Shown here: positions 22,710 to 34,677 of the stretch, one piece after another
Numbering within the stretch: position 1 is the stretch's first letter
Layout of the letters: each line of letters opens with the position of its first letter
Assembly: GCA_904063045.1 (NCBI GenBank)
Contig: CAJFCJ010000064.1
Coordinates: 1 to 47,444 of the forward strand
Length of the DNA: 47,444 bases
Direction of reading: 5' to 3'
DNA from: Dimorphilus gyrociliatus
Lineage: Eukaryota; Animalia; Annelida
Notes under the pieces: model-generated
The model's input: the letters and a program-made list of their open reading frames with translations, nothing else
What the model was told of the DNA's origin: nothing
Databases searched by the model: none
Made by a program: the position numbers and the translations under genes

Positions 22710-24832
22710 TCAATAATATAATTCTGAGCAAAGCTGCAGAAGCTGGTTTGCATTAATTTCACCTTTTCTAAAATTTTCCCAAATTAAGAAAAGATCTTTT
22801 TGAATTTCACTATAAGTCTTCCTTTGAAGTCTAATTGTCTTTCTCTCATTAAAAGGTTTTTGTACAGATTTATCATGTCTGCTTCCCTCTTTAACTCATC
22901 AATCACTAAATAAAAAGAAACATTTTCTCCAACAATTTTATTGAGCCTTTGATGATAACCTTCCAGATCATTATTTGTCCTTATGCTTTGATCAAAAACA
23001 GACCAAGTCTCTGGAGACCAAAATGTATTTTTTATCCAAGTATTAGACACATAGTCCAACAAATCAGACAGTTTATTTTCTTTTGTCAGTTGATTTTGAA
23101 TTTTAGTGAATTGATTTTCAATCATGCCATGAGGCAAATATGGCAAAGACATAATCATTCTCATGGATTCCCAAGCTCCCTCTTTTTTTCTAAATTCCCT
23201 GCTATAACCGAGTTCCTTAAACAAAACAAATATTAATTGGATTGTTAAAAATTTTAGAAATCAATAAACCTGAATTTTTCTAAATATTGCCTGAGACCAG
23301 TGAAATGAACATCCAGTCAAGACAGCATCAGGCCATATATTTTGTAAAGTTTTCCAAACAGCCTTTTCATAGTCTAAGACTATTTTCTTAGGAGCACAAT
23401 TTTCAGCTAAATCCTTCACAGCCTTAAAAATTTAACATGATTGCTTATTAGTAAGTATATTTATGAAATGTAATTCTTACCTGGAAAAGTAGTTTATATG
23501 CTCTCTTTTTTTTAGAAGACAGAAAAGAAAAAAGCAATGGAACTTGCTTAAGCTGTCCATTTTTTTTCAAAAATACATGAATGGAGTACATTTGAATGAA
23601 AGGTTCATTGGCAATCTTAAAAGTACCATCAAGGTACCAAATTTTCCCCTTTGACAATAGCTCCAATTGATGATTTGTTGCAAAGATAATGATCCTCTCA
23701 TTATTCATATTTATATCCTTTGTTAAAAATTCAGGAGGAATGAATGTCATATTCAGCTCAAAGTTTTTATCATTGGGTACAATAGGCCTGTTCTTCCTTC
23801 TATTCCAATTTCCACTTCTTTACAATTAATTATATTTGGTATGTTTGAAGTACTAGAATACTTGACAAGAACATTTTCAGCAATTCTTTTACCTGAAGAA
23901 TTTATATCACTAGAACAATTGTCTTTGATTTCATTTCTTATACGAATACTGGTTTCTAAATATTTTATTGGTGAATGACAATGAATGTTTGTCCCAATTG
24001 CAAAATTGCTTCCTTTTTGATTGATGCTTGCTTTACATTTTCTTTTTTTGCTTCTGACAGAACAAGTCCATACAGTAGTTGTTTTTGTTTTTAATTTAAT
24101 AGTATATGAAAAACCTTGGTGAAAAAGTAAGTCTTTGCCTTTTTGACTTCCATGTGGCAGAATTTTAAAATGAAAATCATCAGAAGAATTTTCTTTGGCA
24201 GATGTTTCACTTTCAAAAGATTCTTCCTCAATTTTTTCAGATTCTATATATGCATTTTGAATTGTTTCAAAATTTTCAACTTCAATTTCATTATCATATT
24301 CAATATCACTTCCATTAATGATATTTCCTTTGTCAACCTTTGTGTTTATACTTTCATCATTATTGTCATTGCTACTCCATGATATAGATAACCTCAATTC
24401 TTCTGTGAACTCTTCAGTACTCTTTTCTTGTCCTTGATTATTGTCTCCTTTCTCATCAATTTTTAATTTTTCCTCAGTCATGCTGTTATTCTCCTCAATA
24501 TTTTTTTCTGGATATTCAACAATTGCTTCTTCCTTCTCATTAAGTTTTGCAGTAGAATTACTTTTTATTGGTACACTTTCCCTGCATTTTTTTGGTTCAT
24601 CAATTCTCTTTAACATCACAAAACAGGTTTTTTTAGTTATTTTATAACAAATAAAACAGAGTGGTGATGCTGTTGATGAATCTGGAAGAAAAAAAAACAG
24701 TAAATGTTTTTCAAATAGAAGATAGTACAAACCATGCAGACATTTTATATGACAAATATGCAGGCACAATGAGCATTGGCCTTTTATTTGCCTACCAACA
24801 AATTGATCATTGCAAATAGAACACTTATCCAT
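22710..24832 (-). pseudogene. MULE-3 PHD-FLYWCH-DDE transposase with two 1-nt frameshifts
   Basis: Exon 1 is 24733-24832, followed by a 51-nt phase-1 intron. Motifs WYLDGTF, VLDYE, GCSFHW and RTNNDLEGYH. Each frameshift (near 23820 and near 22850) is repaired by one extra base next to an A run. Confidence 0.9.
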
Positions 24833-26199
24833 TATTCAATATTTTTTCTAAAATATTGGAGAAAAAGAAGAGCTAAACTAAAATTAATAAATGAATTTGT
24901 CATATCATTATTATGATTATTTATGTAACAATTAGTATTTTGACAATAATATTGAAAAAAAACTTCATTAATAAATAAAATTGCTAAATTTATGTTAGAT
25001 TGATTATTAATAAAATAATCAATAAGTTTTTAATCACAAAGATTAATAAGAACAAAAAAAACCTCTAAAAATTAAAAATTTCATATTACCTCAAGAGAGT
25101 GAAAATAGAAGAGGAAGTTGATATTTTGTATCTCTTTTCCTGAAGATTTCTTCATCTCTACCAGTTTTTTTAAAGTTTTGTGTTAATTTGTTTTTCAACA
25201 TATATTTATATTTAAATGAAAATTTCTTTATTTTATGTGTTCTTTTGATTCATGGATGTTTTCTTTCAGTTTATGGACGTTTTCTTTCACTTTATGGACG
25301 TTTTCTTTCAGTTTATGGACATTTTCTTTTACTTTATGGACGTTTTCTTTCAGTTCATGGACGTTTTCTTTCATGTACGTTTTCTTTCATGGATGTTTTC
25401 TGTCGCATCCTGAAAGAGCTATATATCAATCCAATTAGGTTTAAAATCACAAATTTGACTTTTTTTAATAAATCTGTTCTTACAACTTTTTTTTGGTAAG
25501 TTGGCTTAATAGAGATTAATGAAGTTTTTCATTTGTACACATTTAGGCAGTTTGTAGGTACTAAACACATAAGCTCGTAACCAGGCTCACAAATTCACAC
25601 AATACACCCAAATTGTTACATTTCATTCATCAATGGAAAGCAATATTGAAAGAGTATTATAGAGTACTCTACACACCTAAAACTACAACATACACTATTT
25701 AAACCAAGTTGTAAAAGTATTTTACAACTTAGATGTTAACCCAAATTATTATACACATCATATTTAATGAATATTAATTATATCTTCCACTATTCTATTT
25801 ATATTTGGAGCTTTTAGATTATTGTCACTTTTCAACAGTATTGTATGCACAATACTATATTGGATGATTAAGTTTAATACTTTTATCCTACCAGTCCTTT
25901 ACACAGAAACATATTATCTTACACAAACAATTATTATTAATAATTTGTTGTATATTAAAACGGCATCAAGTTGACCTTTTCCTATTTTTGTGTTTTGGAA
26001 TCAATCCAACTTCTATTAATAATTGTTACATCTTAGGCAACTTTCTGACCTACTAAAATAGGGAGCAAAAGTTCTCCAAGATAAAGAAAAAGTAACAAAC
26101 ATGGAAGTATATTTGAACTTTCCCTTTATCCAAATTGTTACATTTGTTTGTGTGAATATTTTTATCCGTGAACTGTGAACTATTGGAAAAGTATATAAA

Positions 26200-26490
26200 C
26201 CCTACGAATTTAACAGTAGTCAGTTCAGTTTTCTAACCATCAGCTGGTTGTTCAAACTTGCTTGTTTAGAACTAGAAACTCATTTACTCAAATACATATT
26301 CTTTGAATGAAATACTGGTGTTTGTTGGTTAATTTTTACTGGAATTACATTTATTAAGACTACTTGTGGACGAACTTGAAAGGTTCTATTTGGACCAGTA
26401 CTTTGGCACATTGGTAAATGATTGGAGAGGACGAATTTGATAGTGACGAGCTAGGACTTCCTACAATTACAATACAACAAAGTACATCAT
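26200..26490 (-). repeat. R1 repeat fragment, inverted
   Basis: Reverse complement matches 38945-39200, from GTACTTTGTTGTATTGTAATTGTAGGA to GAGTTTCTAGTTCTAAACAAG. Confidence 0.8.
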
Positions 26491-27083
26491 TAGTTGTTTT
26501 AAATGAAAGAACATTTCTATAGAATTTTAAAGCAAATAAAAAAAATAAAATGATATCTTATGTGTATGTATCGTCATCTTATAGCAATATTTCTCATCAC
26601 TACCATCAAGGCAGTCCATATTCATATCACATTCATCTCTTTTATATATACATTGTTTATTATTGAATGTGCTATAAGAAATATTGTTGATTAAAAGTTG
26701 TAAATGAATTGCTTCTTAATTCTATCAATTAATAAATTACTTACAACAATTTTTCTGAACAAAGTATTGAACCAGTATTGTACAATGCAGATAGCACTCA
26801 TAGAGATATGACCTAGTTTTGCAAAGGGCAGTTCATACACATTGTGCAGCAATAAAACCTATTAAATTATATACAGAATATTGATATTGATCTCAATATG
26901 TATTGATAATTTCTGACCTACATTTTCCAGACAAGGTTAGACAAAAAGTATGTGAAAAAAATTAGTTCATGTCTTGAGTTCAACAATTCACAATTGAAAT
27001 ATTCTAACTATGAAAGCATATTCAATACAAAAAATAGTTATATTCTAAGCCTTTAGGCCATAATTTCTTGTTTTTTTTTAAAA

Positions 27084-28267
27084 TTACTGTTCCGTCGTCT
27101 TTAGTTTGTACTTGCACAATTCCTGATAGATATCCATACTTTCATCAATAGCTTCCTGGCACTCTGCTGGAATATCCCATTCTTGCTCTTTTCCTTCTTG
27201 AGTATTTTCAAATTTGTTTGTTGACAACAGATGTTTATGATATGGATTCCATGGACTTAAAAAAAAAACAATTTTTTTCAGATTTGTGGTCAAATTATTT
27301 TTAAAAAAATTATATTACTGTCGAAGCTTTTTAAAATTTGTTGTTGAACCATCCCATTCCACCATACAATGTTTATAGTCCATTCCAACCATCTGACAGT
27401 ATTTTTTTACTACACCCACTAGAATTTTTAAATTAGTAAACAAAAAAAAGTTTTTATTTATAACTTTAAGATCCTGTCTACTCACCAGAATTATTAACTA
27501 AATCATCAGCTTCAATTACTATTGGCTCTTGCCCAAGAACTTTAGTAACATGTTCAAAAAGTTCCATCAGTTGCTTAAATCCAGCTTCAGTCTTGTCAAA
27601 ACTAGTATAAGTTGGGTCCTAAATGAGTTATTCACACTAGGATTAATTTTGTGTATGAAATATTGAAAAAAAAAATAACCTCTCCTTTCCTTATTACAGA
27701 ATACAGTGATCTGACAGTTTTATTTGGATTCCTAATAAGAAATGTGTGTTGAAATTTGTCTGGAAGTGCATCAAATCTTCCTCCTAGCTGATAGGCCAAT
27801 TCTTTGATGAAAATGTATTTCTCTGAAATATTTAAGCATCATTATATGAAGTTGTTATAAGAGATAGTTTACCAGATGGTTCCTTTTCACACATTTCCTT
27901 ACACTTTTGGAAAGAGTAGCCTATGTCTAAATTTACTTCATGTCTGCAAAAATATTTGTTGTATAATTTGAATGATTAAACCTGAACAACTCATTTATTT
28001 ATCATTTATTTTTGAATTTTTTGTTACATGATAATTTAAAAGAATATAAAGATACCTGTCATGTTTTTTCTCAGAAGAATAGTAGAAGCAGGGCATGTAT
28101 GGCTCAAGTAAAACCTGTTGCATGGAGAAATAGATAAATTTAATGAATGTTAAAATCTATTAATATAATTATACTAACCTTTGTATCTGGTCGTTGAGCC
28201 ATTGCTCTTGAAAATGTTGTTGAACATGATCTGGGAGCTGTCCACAGGGCAATTTTTTTCTTGCCAT
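27084..28267 (-). CDS. Sulfotransferase-like P-loop protein (Sulfotransfer_5-type), 7 exons
   Basis: Spliced product reads IALWTAPRSCSTTFSRAMAQR...VLLEPY...FIKELAY...HTFLIRNP...PIVIEADDL...YCQMVGMDYKHCMVEW...PWNPYH. Exons 2-7 splice in frame. ATG 28267 is one base out of frame across an A7 run, so the start is uncertain. Confidence 0.85.
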
Positions 28268-29009
28268 TTCTGCTTAAATGCTTGTAAACTCAGTTTTTTA
28301 TATTGAAAATATTCAACACAATACAGTCAAGATTCTTTTGTAATGGTTCAAAAAAATTGTATTACTAACAATATTGTACTTTGTTGTATTGTAATCATTA
28401 CAATTTCTACTTCTGCAAAACAGTATTTGACTGTTTCAGGGTTAGGTTAAGGTTGGGTTAGGCCACTCACAATATCAATGCTCCAATTAAGATATTCGAG
28501 TCCAAGTTAAAATATATATATATATATTATGTATTAACAGAAAGAGTTTTCTTAAAAAAGGTTAAGTGCACTGTTTTGTCATCTAGTCTTCATCAGGCAC
28601 TGTTGTTTCAAAATTTAAAATGGACTCAAAAACAGACAGAGAATAGAGGTAAGAGGTTAACCCATTCATGAACCAATTCACCCTGTCTGTATGTAGTACA
28701 GTGTGTTTCTGTGGCGTGTGTACATAGTTCCATATTATGGACTCTTACTATCTGTGTGTGTTTCATAACAAGCCTGTGTGGTGATATGTCCTGTGTGTAT
28801 GTGTGTAGATGTTAATATGCAGTGTGTAACACAGCCACCTTTGATTTATAATGTGTGACCAACACCCTTAACTAAACACCTGGTTACAAGTGTGTATGCA
28901 ATTGTGGGATTACCAGTCTGTACTGACTAATGCTATCAGATATGTGGGAATATTTACAATTCAATATACAATGAAACTCTCATTTGCCCAAGCCTTTGAA
29001 CTGAAATTG

Positions 29010-29210
29010 TCACCATTGTACACACATATTCATCAGCTATACTATACAATAGATATACAGTATTAAACTAGTTTCACACAGTGCAGTGCAAATACAATGC
29101 CCCACAATAAAACCTATTAAATTATATACAAAATATTGCTATTTCCAACCTAGCATTAATGTTGTAATTTATTAATCTATAAAATTTAAGATTTTGAACC
29201 AAAAGCAGTT
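29010..29210 (+). repeat. R2 repeat copy
   Basis: Matches 4195-4420 (CAGCTATAC...AATAAAACCTATTAAATTATATA...AACCTAGCATTAAT). Confidence 0.75.
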
Positions 29211-29759
29211 CAGAGTTGTTAATTTCAATGCATCATTCAGCATAGATATTTTATTCCTTTCTTTAAATATTTATTGGAATATTGTTGAAAACAATCACTG
29301 TCCTTGTTGAAAAAGCCCACTGTACTTGTTAAAAACACCCAATGGTGTTTAAAAACTGCTCATGTTCGTACCTGCATCGCAGCATATATGTATAATAGAA
29401 TTGTGCCTACCCAGAGCAAAGATTTGAAATTGGCCTATTGATATTGCTCTATGTACTAAATTTGAAAGCTCTATAATAATTAATAACAGATTTGGTCTTT
29501 TAAAGACGAATATTTTAATGTTTAAAACAAAGTTTAAATATAACATTCATAGGAATGCATATCTCAGCAACTTCTTGGCAGATTTTGATGAAATTTGAAG
29601 TAAAATTAATGACAGAATAAGACTATATCAAATTAGAATGAATTGAAATTATAGGGTTAGCATTATATAATTTTATTAAAGCTTGAATTGCTTGTGGCAT
29701 GTTCCCACAGGATTTTCCATGTGTCTGACAAATATATTATACATTTTTTTTCACAGAAA

Positions 29760-30010
29760 TCAATTATAGTTTGAAGGTTAAGGAGTCAACATCATATTAA
29801 AAATAGCTGGTCTAATGAACAACTTCTACAATTCCTTTCAAAATATACATCCTTCAATAATAGAATGGTATGTCTACATGTCATTAAACAGTAAAGTGTC
29901 TTATATATATTTTGAATGTTTTATTCACAGGGTTCATATTTAGTTTGAAGAATAAGGAGTCAACATCACATTTAAAATACCCAGTTAAATGAACATCCTC
30001 TACAATTGCT
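29760..30010 (+). repeat. Degenerate local tandem duplication with a period of about 173 bp
   Basis: TTTGAAG..TAAGGAGTCAACATCA...AATGAACA...CTACAATT occurs at about 29770 and about 29943. Confidence 0.7.
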
Positions 30011-30082
30011 GATGATTCTAAAATGGTATGTACAAATTCTGATATACAGTGTCATAATACATAGCACTTTCAATATGATATA

Positions 30083-31410
30083 TTAGGTACGAATGAAAAG
30101 TTTCAGTCACTGTGTGTTTTTGTTAGAAATATTTGATGAATGTGGTTAATTTTTGTGTATGTTAAAGCCTAAAGTATATGCTACAAATATTGATAATTTA
30201 ATTTTTCAATAGTCCCCTCCGTTTTCTATACAAGCCTGCCATTTGCTAGGAAGTAGAGTGATGCCATTCCGGTAAAACGAGGTTGGCTTTCTCCTCAGAA
30301 AATCTTTGACATCTGTCTCCAATTCCTCCAAATTGTCATAATGAGATCCTCTGATATGGTCCTTCAATCTCCCAAAAAGATAATAGTCAGAGGGAGCCAA
30401 ATCAGGACTGTAGGCTGGGTGAGGGCATAATGACCACCCTTGATCTCTTATGAAATCTGTTGTATAGAGACTTGTATGCGGTCTTGCATTATCATGCTGT
30501 AGTATCATTTGTTTTCCAGGTCTAATTCTATGCAACCTCTTCCTTAGTCTCTTTAGGGTCTCAACATATTGTATTGAGTTGACTATTTCTCCATACTCCA
30601 TGAATTCAATGTGGACTAAACCAGAATAGTCCCAAAAAACTGAGCACATCAGTTTTTCTGCTGACTTGGCCATTCTAAGCTTCTTGTCAGGTGGAGATGA
30701 TGTGTGTTTATAAGTCAAAGAAGACCATTTAGATTGTGGATCATAGAGGTGTACCCAGGTTTCATCTCCAGTCACAATTTTTTCTAAAAAGTCTCTTCCT
30801 TCTGCCGTGTATCTTTCAAGTAGCTCCATACAATGACTCACCCTCACCTGCTTCTGGTCCAGATTGAGAGCATAAGGAATCCATTTTGCACAGATCTTTC
30901 TGTATCCTAGCTCCTTTATAATTTTCCTTACAGTCTGTTGACAAAATTTCTATTTGTTGGGCAATTGCTCTCTGAGAAATGGTCCAATCTTCTCTGATAA
31001 GCCTGTCAATTTCTTCTCTATTCTGACCTGTTACAGCTGTGCTTGGATGACCAGATCTTGCCAAATCTTTAAAATTTTTTCTTCCTTTTTTTCTGTCAGA
31101 TACCCACCTCCTTATTGAACTTTCACTCAGAGTTTCATCCCCACAAAAGCTTTTTAACCGCTTATAAATTTGTCTTGCAGACACCTTCTCATGCACTAAA
31201 AATGCTATGATTGGTTGTTGATCAGAACGTGTGCACATGACTTGCAGTTGCTCATACCAAAATAAATTTGTAATGCCTCAACAGAATCGAATGAAAGTTT
31301 GCACAGTGAAAGTTTACTAAGTTCCTAAGATTATTGGAAAGTATCAATGATATTAGTTAAGCCGTTTTAAAATTACAGCACAGTGACTGAAACTTTTCAT
31401 TCGTACCTAA
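30083..31410 (-). mobile_element. Full-length mariner (DD34D) element
   Basis: Perfect 32-bp TIR TTAGGTACGAATGAAAAGTTTCAGTCACTGTG with TA on both sides; 1328 bp. Confidence 0.97.
30206..31238 (-). pseudogene. Mariner transposase with one internal frameshift
   Basis: RSGHP, AKWIPYAL (WVPHxL equivalent), TGDETW, HDNARPH and YSPDLAPSDY, with 34 residues between the last two Asp. Frameshift near 30945. Confidence 0.95.
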
Positions 31411-32240
31411 TATATTAAAAAAAAACCTGAAGAAGTGAATTCCCTATTATAATCCTTTAACCTCTGTAGGTGTAGGTTATTAGACCCTGATGAGTCTACG
31501 CCTTGCTTTTATACAATTCCTTATCAGTTGTTTATGCCTCAACTGTCAACAACAAGGGTCTAACCCCAGATAAGGATTGTTCACAACAAATAAGGTGAAG
31601 GGTTAGCATATTATGCAATAGTGATGTAAAAAACTAATATACAACCTTTGTTATATAACAAGTTTCATTGTGAAAGCTTGTGAATGGAAATGACATTTCT
31701 TTTTTCATTCAAAAATATTATTTAGTATTTTTTATATGTTTTGAACATATAGTACAGGTAACCTTTTTTTGAATGCCCAGCTATTTTCTATATTAGTTAA
31801 AATATTTTTTCTTTAACATTAATTTTACAATCCAATAATTAGACATGGCAATTGTGACTTTGTAATCCATGTATTCAATTAATTAAATCTTTGTATTTTA
31901 CTGTTTAAACAACAAAAAATATTTTATTCTGAAAAAATTGGGAAAAGTGCCTGATATCCTATTTTTGAACAATAAGTAAAAATTTATGAAAATGACCAAA
32001 TTATTGAGTAAAATGAGTTTCTAGTTCGAAACAAGATAGTTTAAACAACCAGCTGATGGTTAAAAAACTGCACTATCAACTGTTAATTTCATGGGGTTTA
32101 TATCTCTTTTATGCTTGATGGAAACATAAAAAACAGAGCATTAAGAGAGAAAATGATCAATTTTTAATTTAAAAATGCATCTATAAATATCAATCGCACT
32201 GGTATTGATTATGGAACATTATCCGATTCACATCAATTCC

Positions 32241-33452
32241 TTAGGTTAAATGTATAAAACATTTCCTTTCAGAAAATATTTGTAGTAAATTTCTCAATTT
32301 AATACGTTGTTCTCCATTCAAATCACCACTAGACAATGTAAAACACTTTAATGTATGTGATTTGTGAAGTCCTTCACAAATATTAAAAATCCCACTTCCC
32401 ATCTGATTGTTACAACGTATGTGTACAGTTTTGATTTTAGAACAATTATTAAGCAAATTTCCCAATTTTTCACCACATTCTTCATTCAAATTACATTGAG
32501 AAAAACCAAGATATTTTAAGACATTTGATGATTGTTGAAGTCCCTCACAAATATCAAAAAATCCATTTCCTATCGCATGATTTTGACTTAAACTTAATGT
32601 TTCAATTTTAGAACAATTTTTAAGAAAATTTCCCAATTTTTTACAGCATTCTTCATTCAAATTACATTGATAAAAACTAAGATATTTTAAGACATTAGAA
32701 GATTGTTGAAGTCCCTCACAAATAGCAAAAAATCCATTTCCCATCTCGCTACTTTGTCCTATATCTACTTTTTCAATTTTAGAACAATTTTGAAGCAAAT
32801 TACCAAACTGTGTACTTTGTTCTTCATTCAGATAACAACGAGGCAAGTAAATATCCTTTAATATATTAGAAGATTGTTTAAGCCCTTCACAAATAACAAA
32901 AAACCCATTTCCCATCATTCTATTTCCATCTAAATGTATTGTTTCTATTTTAGAACAATTCTGAAGAGCATTTCCTAACTCAGTGCTTTGCTCTTCATTT
33001 AAAAAACATTCTGTCAAATCAAGATTCTTCAGTACATTTGATGACTGTTGAAGCCCTTTAAAAATTTCGAAAAGTCCTTTTCCCATCTCTACACTATAAC
33101 TTAGATTTAATAGTTCTATTTTAGAACAATTTTTCAATAAATTTCCCAATTTATTACTTTGTTCATCATTCAACTGACAATAAGACAATTCAAGACTTTT
33201 TAATGTGTTGGATGATTGTTGAAGTCCATCACAAATAGCAAAAAATCCATTTTTCATCATTCTATTTCCATGTAAATTTATTGTTTCTATTTTAGAACAA
33301 TTCTGAAGAAAATTTCCAAGACTGGTACTTTGCTCTTCATTTAAACAACATCCTGACAACTCAATAGTCTTTAATATGTTTGCTGATTGGTGAAGTCCTT
33401 TACAAATAGTGAAAAAACCATTTTTTATGTTTTTGTTGATAGCTGTATTCAT
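32241..33452 (-). CDS. LRR-only protein (403 aa), seven tandem 56-aa double repeats of ribonuclease-inhibitor/NLR type
   Basis: Repeating SSNxLKxLxLxxCxLNEEQxxxLGNxLxNCSKIExxxLxxNxxMGNGFFxICEGLQQ, open throughout. It begins in mid-repeat and an in-frame stop lies 6 codons upstream of the ATG. Confidence 0.85.
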   Translation of the reverse strand: MNTAINKNIKNGFFTICKGLHQSANILKTIELSGCCLNEEQSTSLGNFLQNCSKIETINLHGNRMMKNGFFAICDGLQQSSNTLKSLELSYCQLNDEQSNKLGNLLKNCSKIELLNLSYSVEMGKGLFEIFKGLQQSSNVLKNLDLTECFLNEEQSTELGNALQNCSKIETIHLDGNRMMGNGFFVICEGLKQSSNILKDIYLPRCYLNEEQSTQFGNLLQNCSKIEKVDIGQSSEMGNGFFAICEGLQQSSNVLKYLSFYQCNLNEECCKKLGNFLKNCSKIETLSLSQNHAIGNGFFDICEGLQQSSNVLKYLGFSQCNLNEECGEKLGNLLNNCSKIKTVHIRCNNQMGSGIFNICEGLHKSHTLKCFTLSSGDLNGEQRIKLRNLLQIFSERKCFIHLT

Positions 33453-34259
33453 TATTTCTTTTTTACATCATTTTTCTTAAGACAAACTCCTTGCTAATCA
33501 AATAATAATTCCTTATTACTTTAAAATTTTTCTCTATGAAAATAGACATTCGCATTTGATTCTTTACACGAATATGTTGTCAACCAAGACAGAATTTAGC
33601 TTGGAGTTATTATTGGGAGTTATAGAATGGTTTTAACATGACTTTGTGGTTTTAAAAGTGGTTATAAGAGTGGTTTTAAGATTAAAGCTTATGGCTCATA
33701 GTTAAGCTTTAAAGTTTACATCATCAACAAATTATATTTGAATTAATCATCCCAAAGGTTCTGCTGTCATTACGGATAAGGCGTGGTCAAATTATAATTC
33801 AGGGTTAGGGATTAGTGCAAACTATAAAAAATGTTGTAAAAGCATCAAAAAATTTTGATTTCTATTTTTTGTTATGCATCTACTCCTGTTCTTATGAAAT
33901 TGTCACAAAATGATAAATTAAAATTACTGTTTTGTAGGTTATAGAGCTCAGCATACATTATTTCTTAACAATTTAATAACAATAATGTTTGTTCCATAAT
34001 TTAATTCCATAAAAAGCGCCATCTGCTGATTGGTACAATTACAATCTGAAGGCATCATCCTTAACAATATTTAACTCTATAGATTTAACAAATTTTGTTA
34101 GATTGTTGTTTAAAACCTTTTAATTGCTAGTTTAGAAATGACAGATCATAATACTGCAAGACAGTTTGTTAATTAATTTGCCATTTTGATCAAAGAACAT
34201 ATAACAATCAATGTTAGTCTCATATTTTTAGTACAATTTATATGGGTAAAACTCTACCC

Positions 34260-34470
34260 TTGAAATTCTAGACATTTTATTAATACTAAAAAGAGCAATG
34301 ATATCAACAGGCGGAAAAGGTAAGGCCATCAGCTTCCTCCTGTCTCTCCAGTCCTCCATATACTTTCCAGAGTAGCCAAGACACTTTAGGGAACATTTAT
34401 TGTAAAGAAAAACTTCCAAGATTAAATTTTGAATGAATATTTTATCTGAAGTTTTCTATAAGTTACCTAT
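34260..34470 (-). pseudogene. MULE-1-family transposase C-terminal remnant
   Basis: KCLGYSGKYMEDWRDRRKLMALPFPP is near-identical in DNA to 13540-13700. Confidence 0.85.
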
Positions 34471-34677
34471 ATAAAGGAAAATTAGTCTTTGAAATCATCC
34501 AAAAATCAAACAGTCCAAAGTAGAGTACAATTAGCAAACATTAAGAATAGAAAAGTTAGGGATTATAAAAATTAAATACTTTCAAAAAGGATGATTAATA
34601 TTGAGAAAATTATTATCTTCATTAAACAGTCCTGGTGATCAATTGTCCAGGATTTAACTGTCCTGTTCTCTAAAATA

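Larger units (their letters stand above)
22040..25410 (-). mobile_element. MULE-3: complete Mutator element with TIRs, 9-bp TSD and a captured LRR fragment
   Basis: TSD TGAAAGAGC at 22031-22039 and 25411-25419. Termini are GGGGTCGACAGAAAACGTCCATGAAAG (left) and GGATGCGACAGAAAACATCCATGAAAG (right, reverse strand). Subterminal GAAAGAAAACGTCCAT arrays. Confidence 0.95.

Noticed and set aside
22949-24647. Plus-strand ORFs overlapping the MULE-3 transposase (likewise 34788-35380 and 40559-40786 antisense to LRR genes)
   Set aside because: They are antisense shadows of real coding sequence in AT-rich DNA, with no motifs.
28440-28465. Telomere-like GGGTTAGG motifs (also about 8160-8240, 33800 and 41360-41435)
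   Set aside because: They are short and degenerate, and some lie inside MITEs. They are not an interstitial telomere array.
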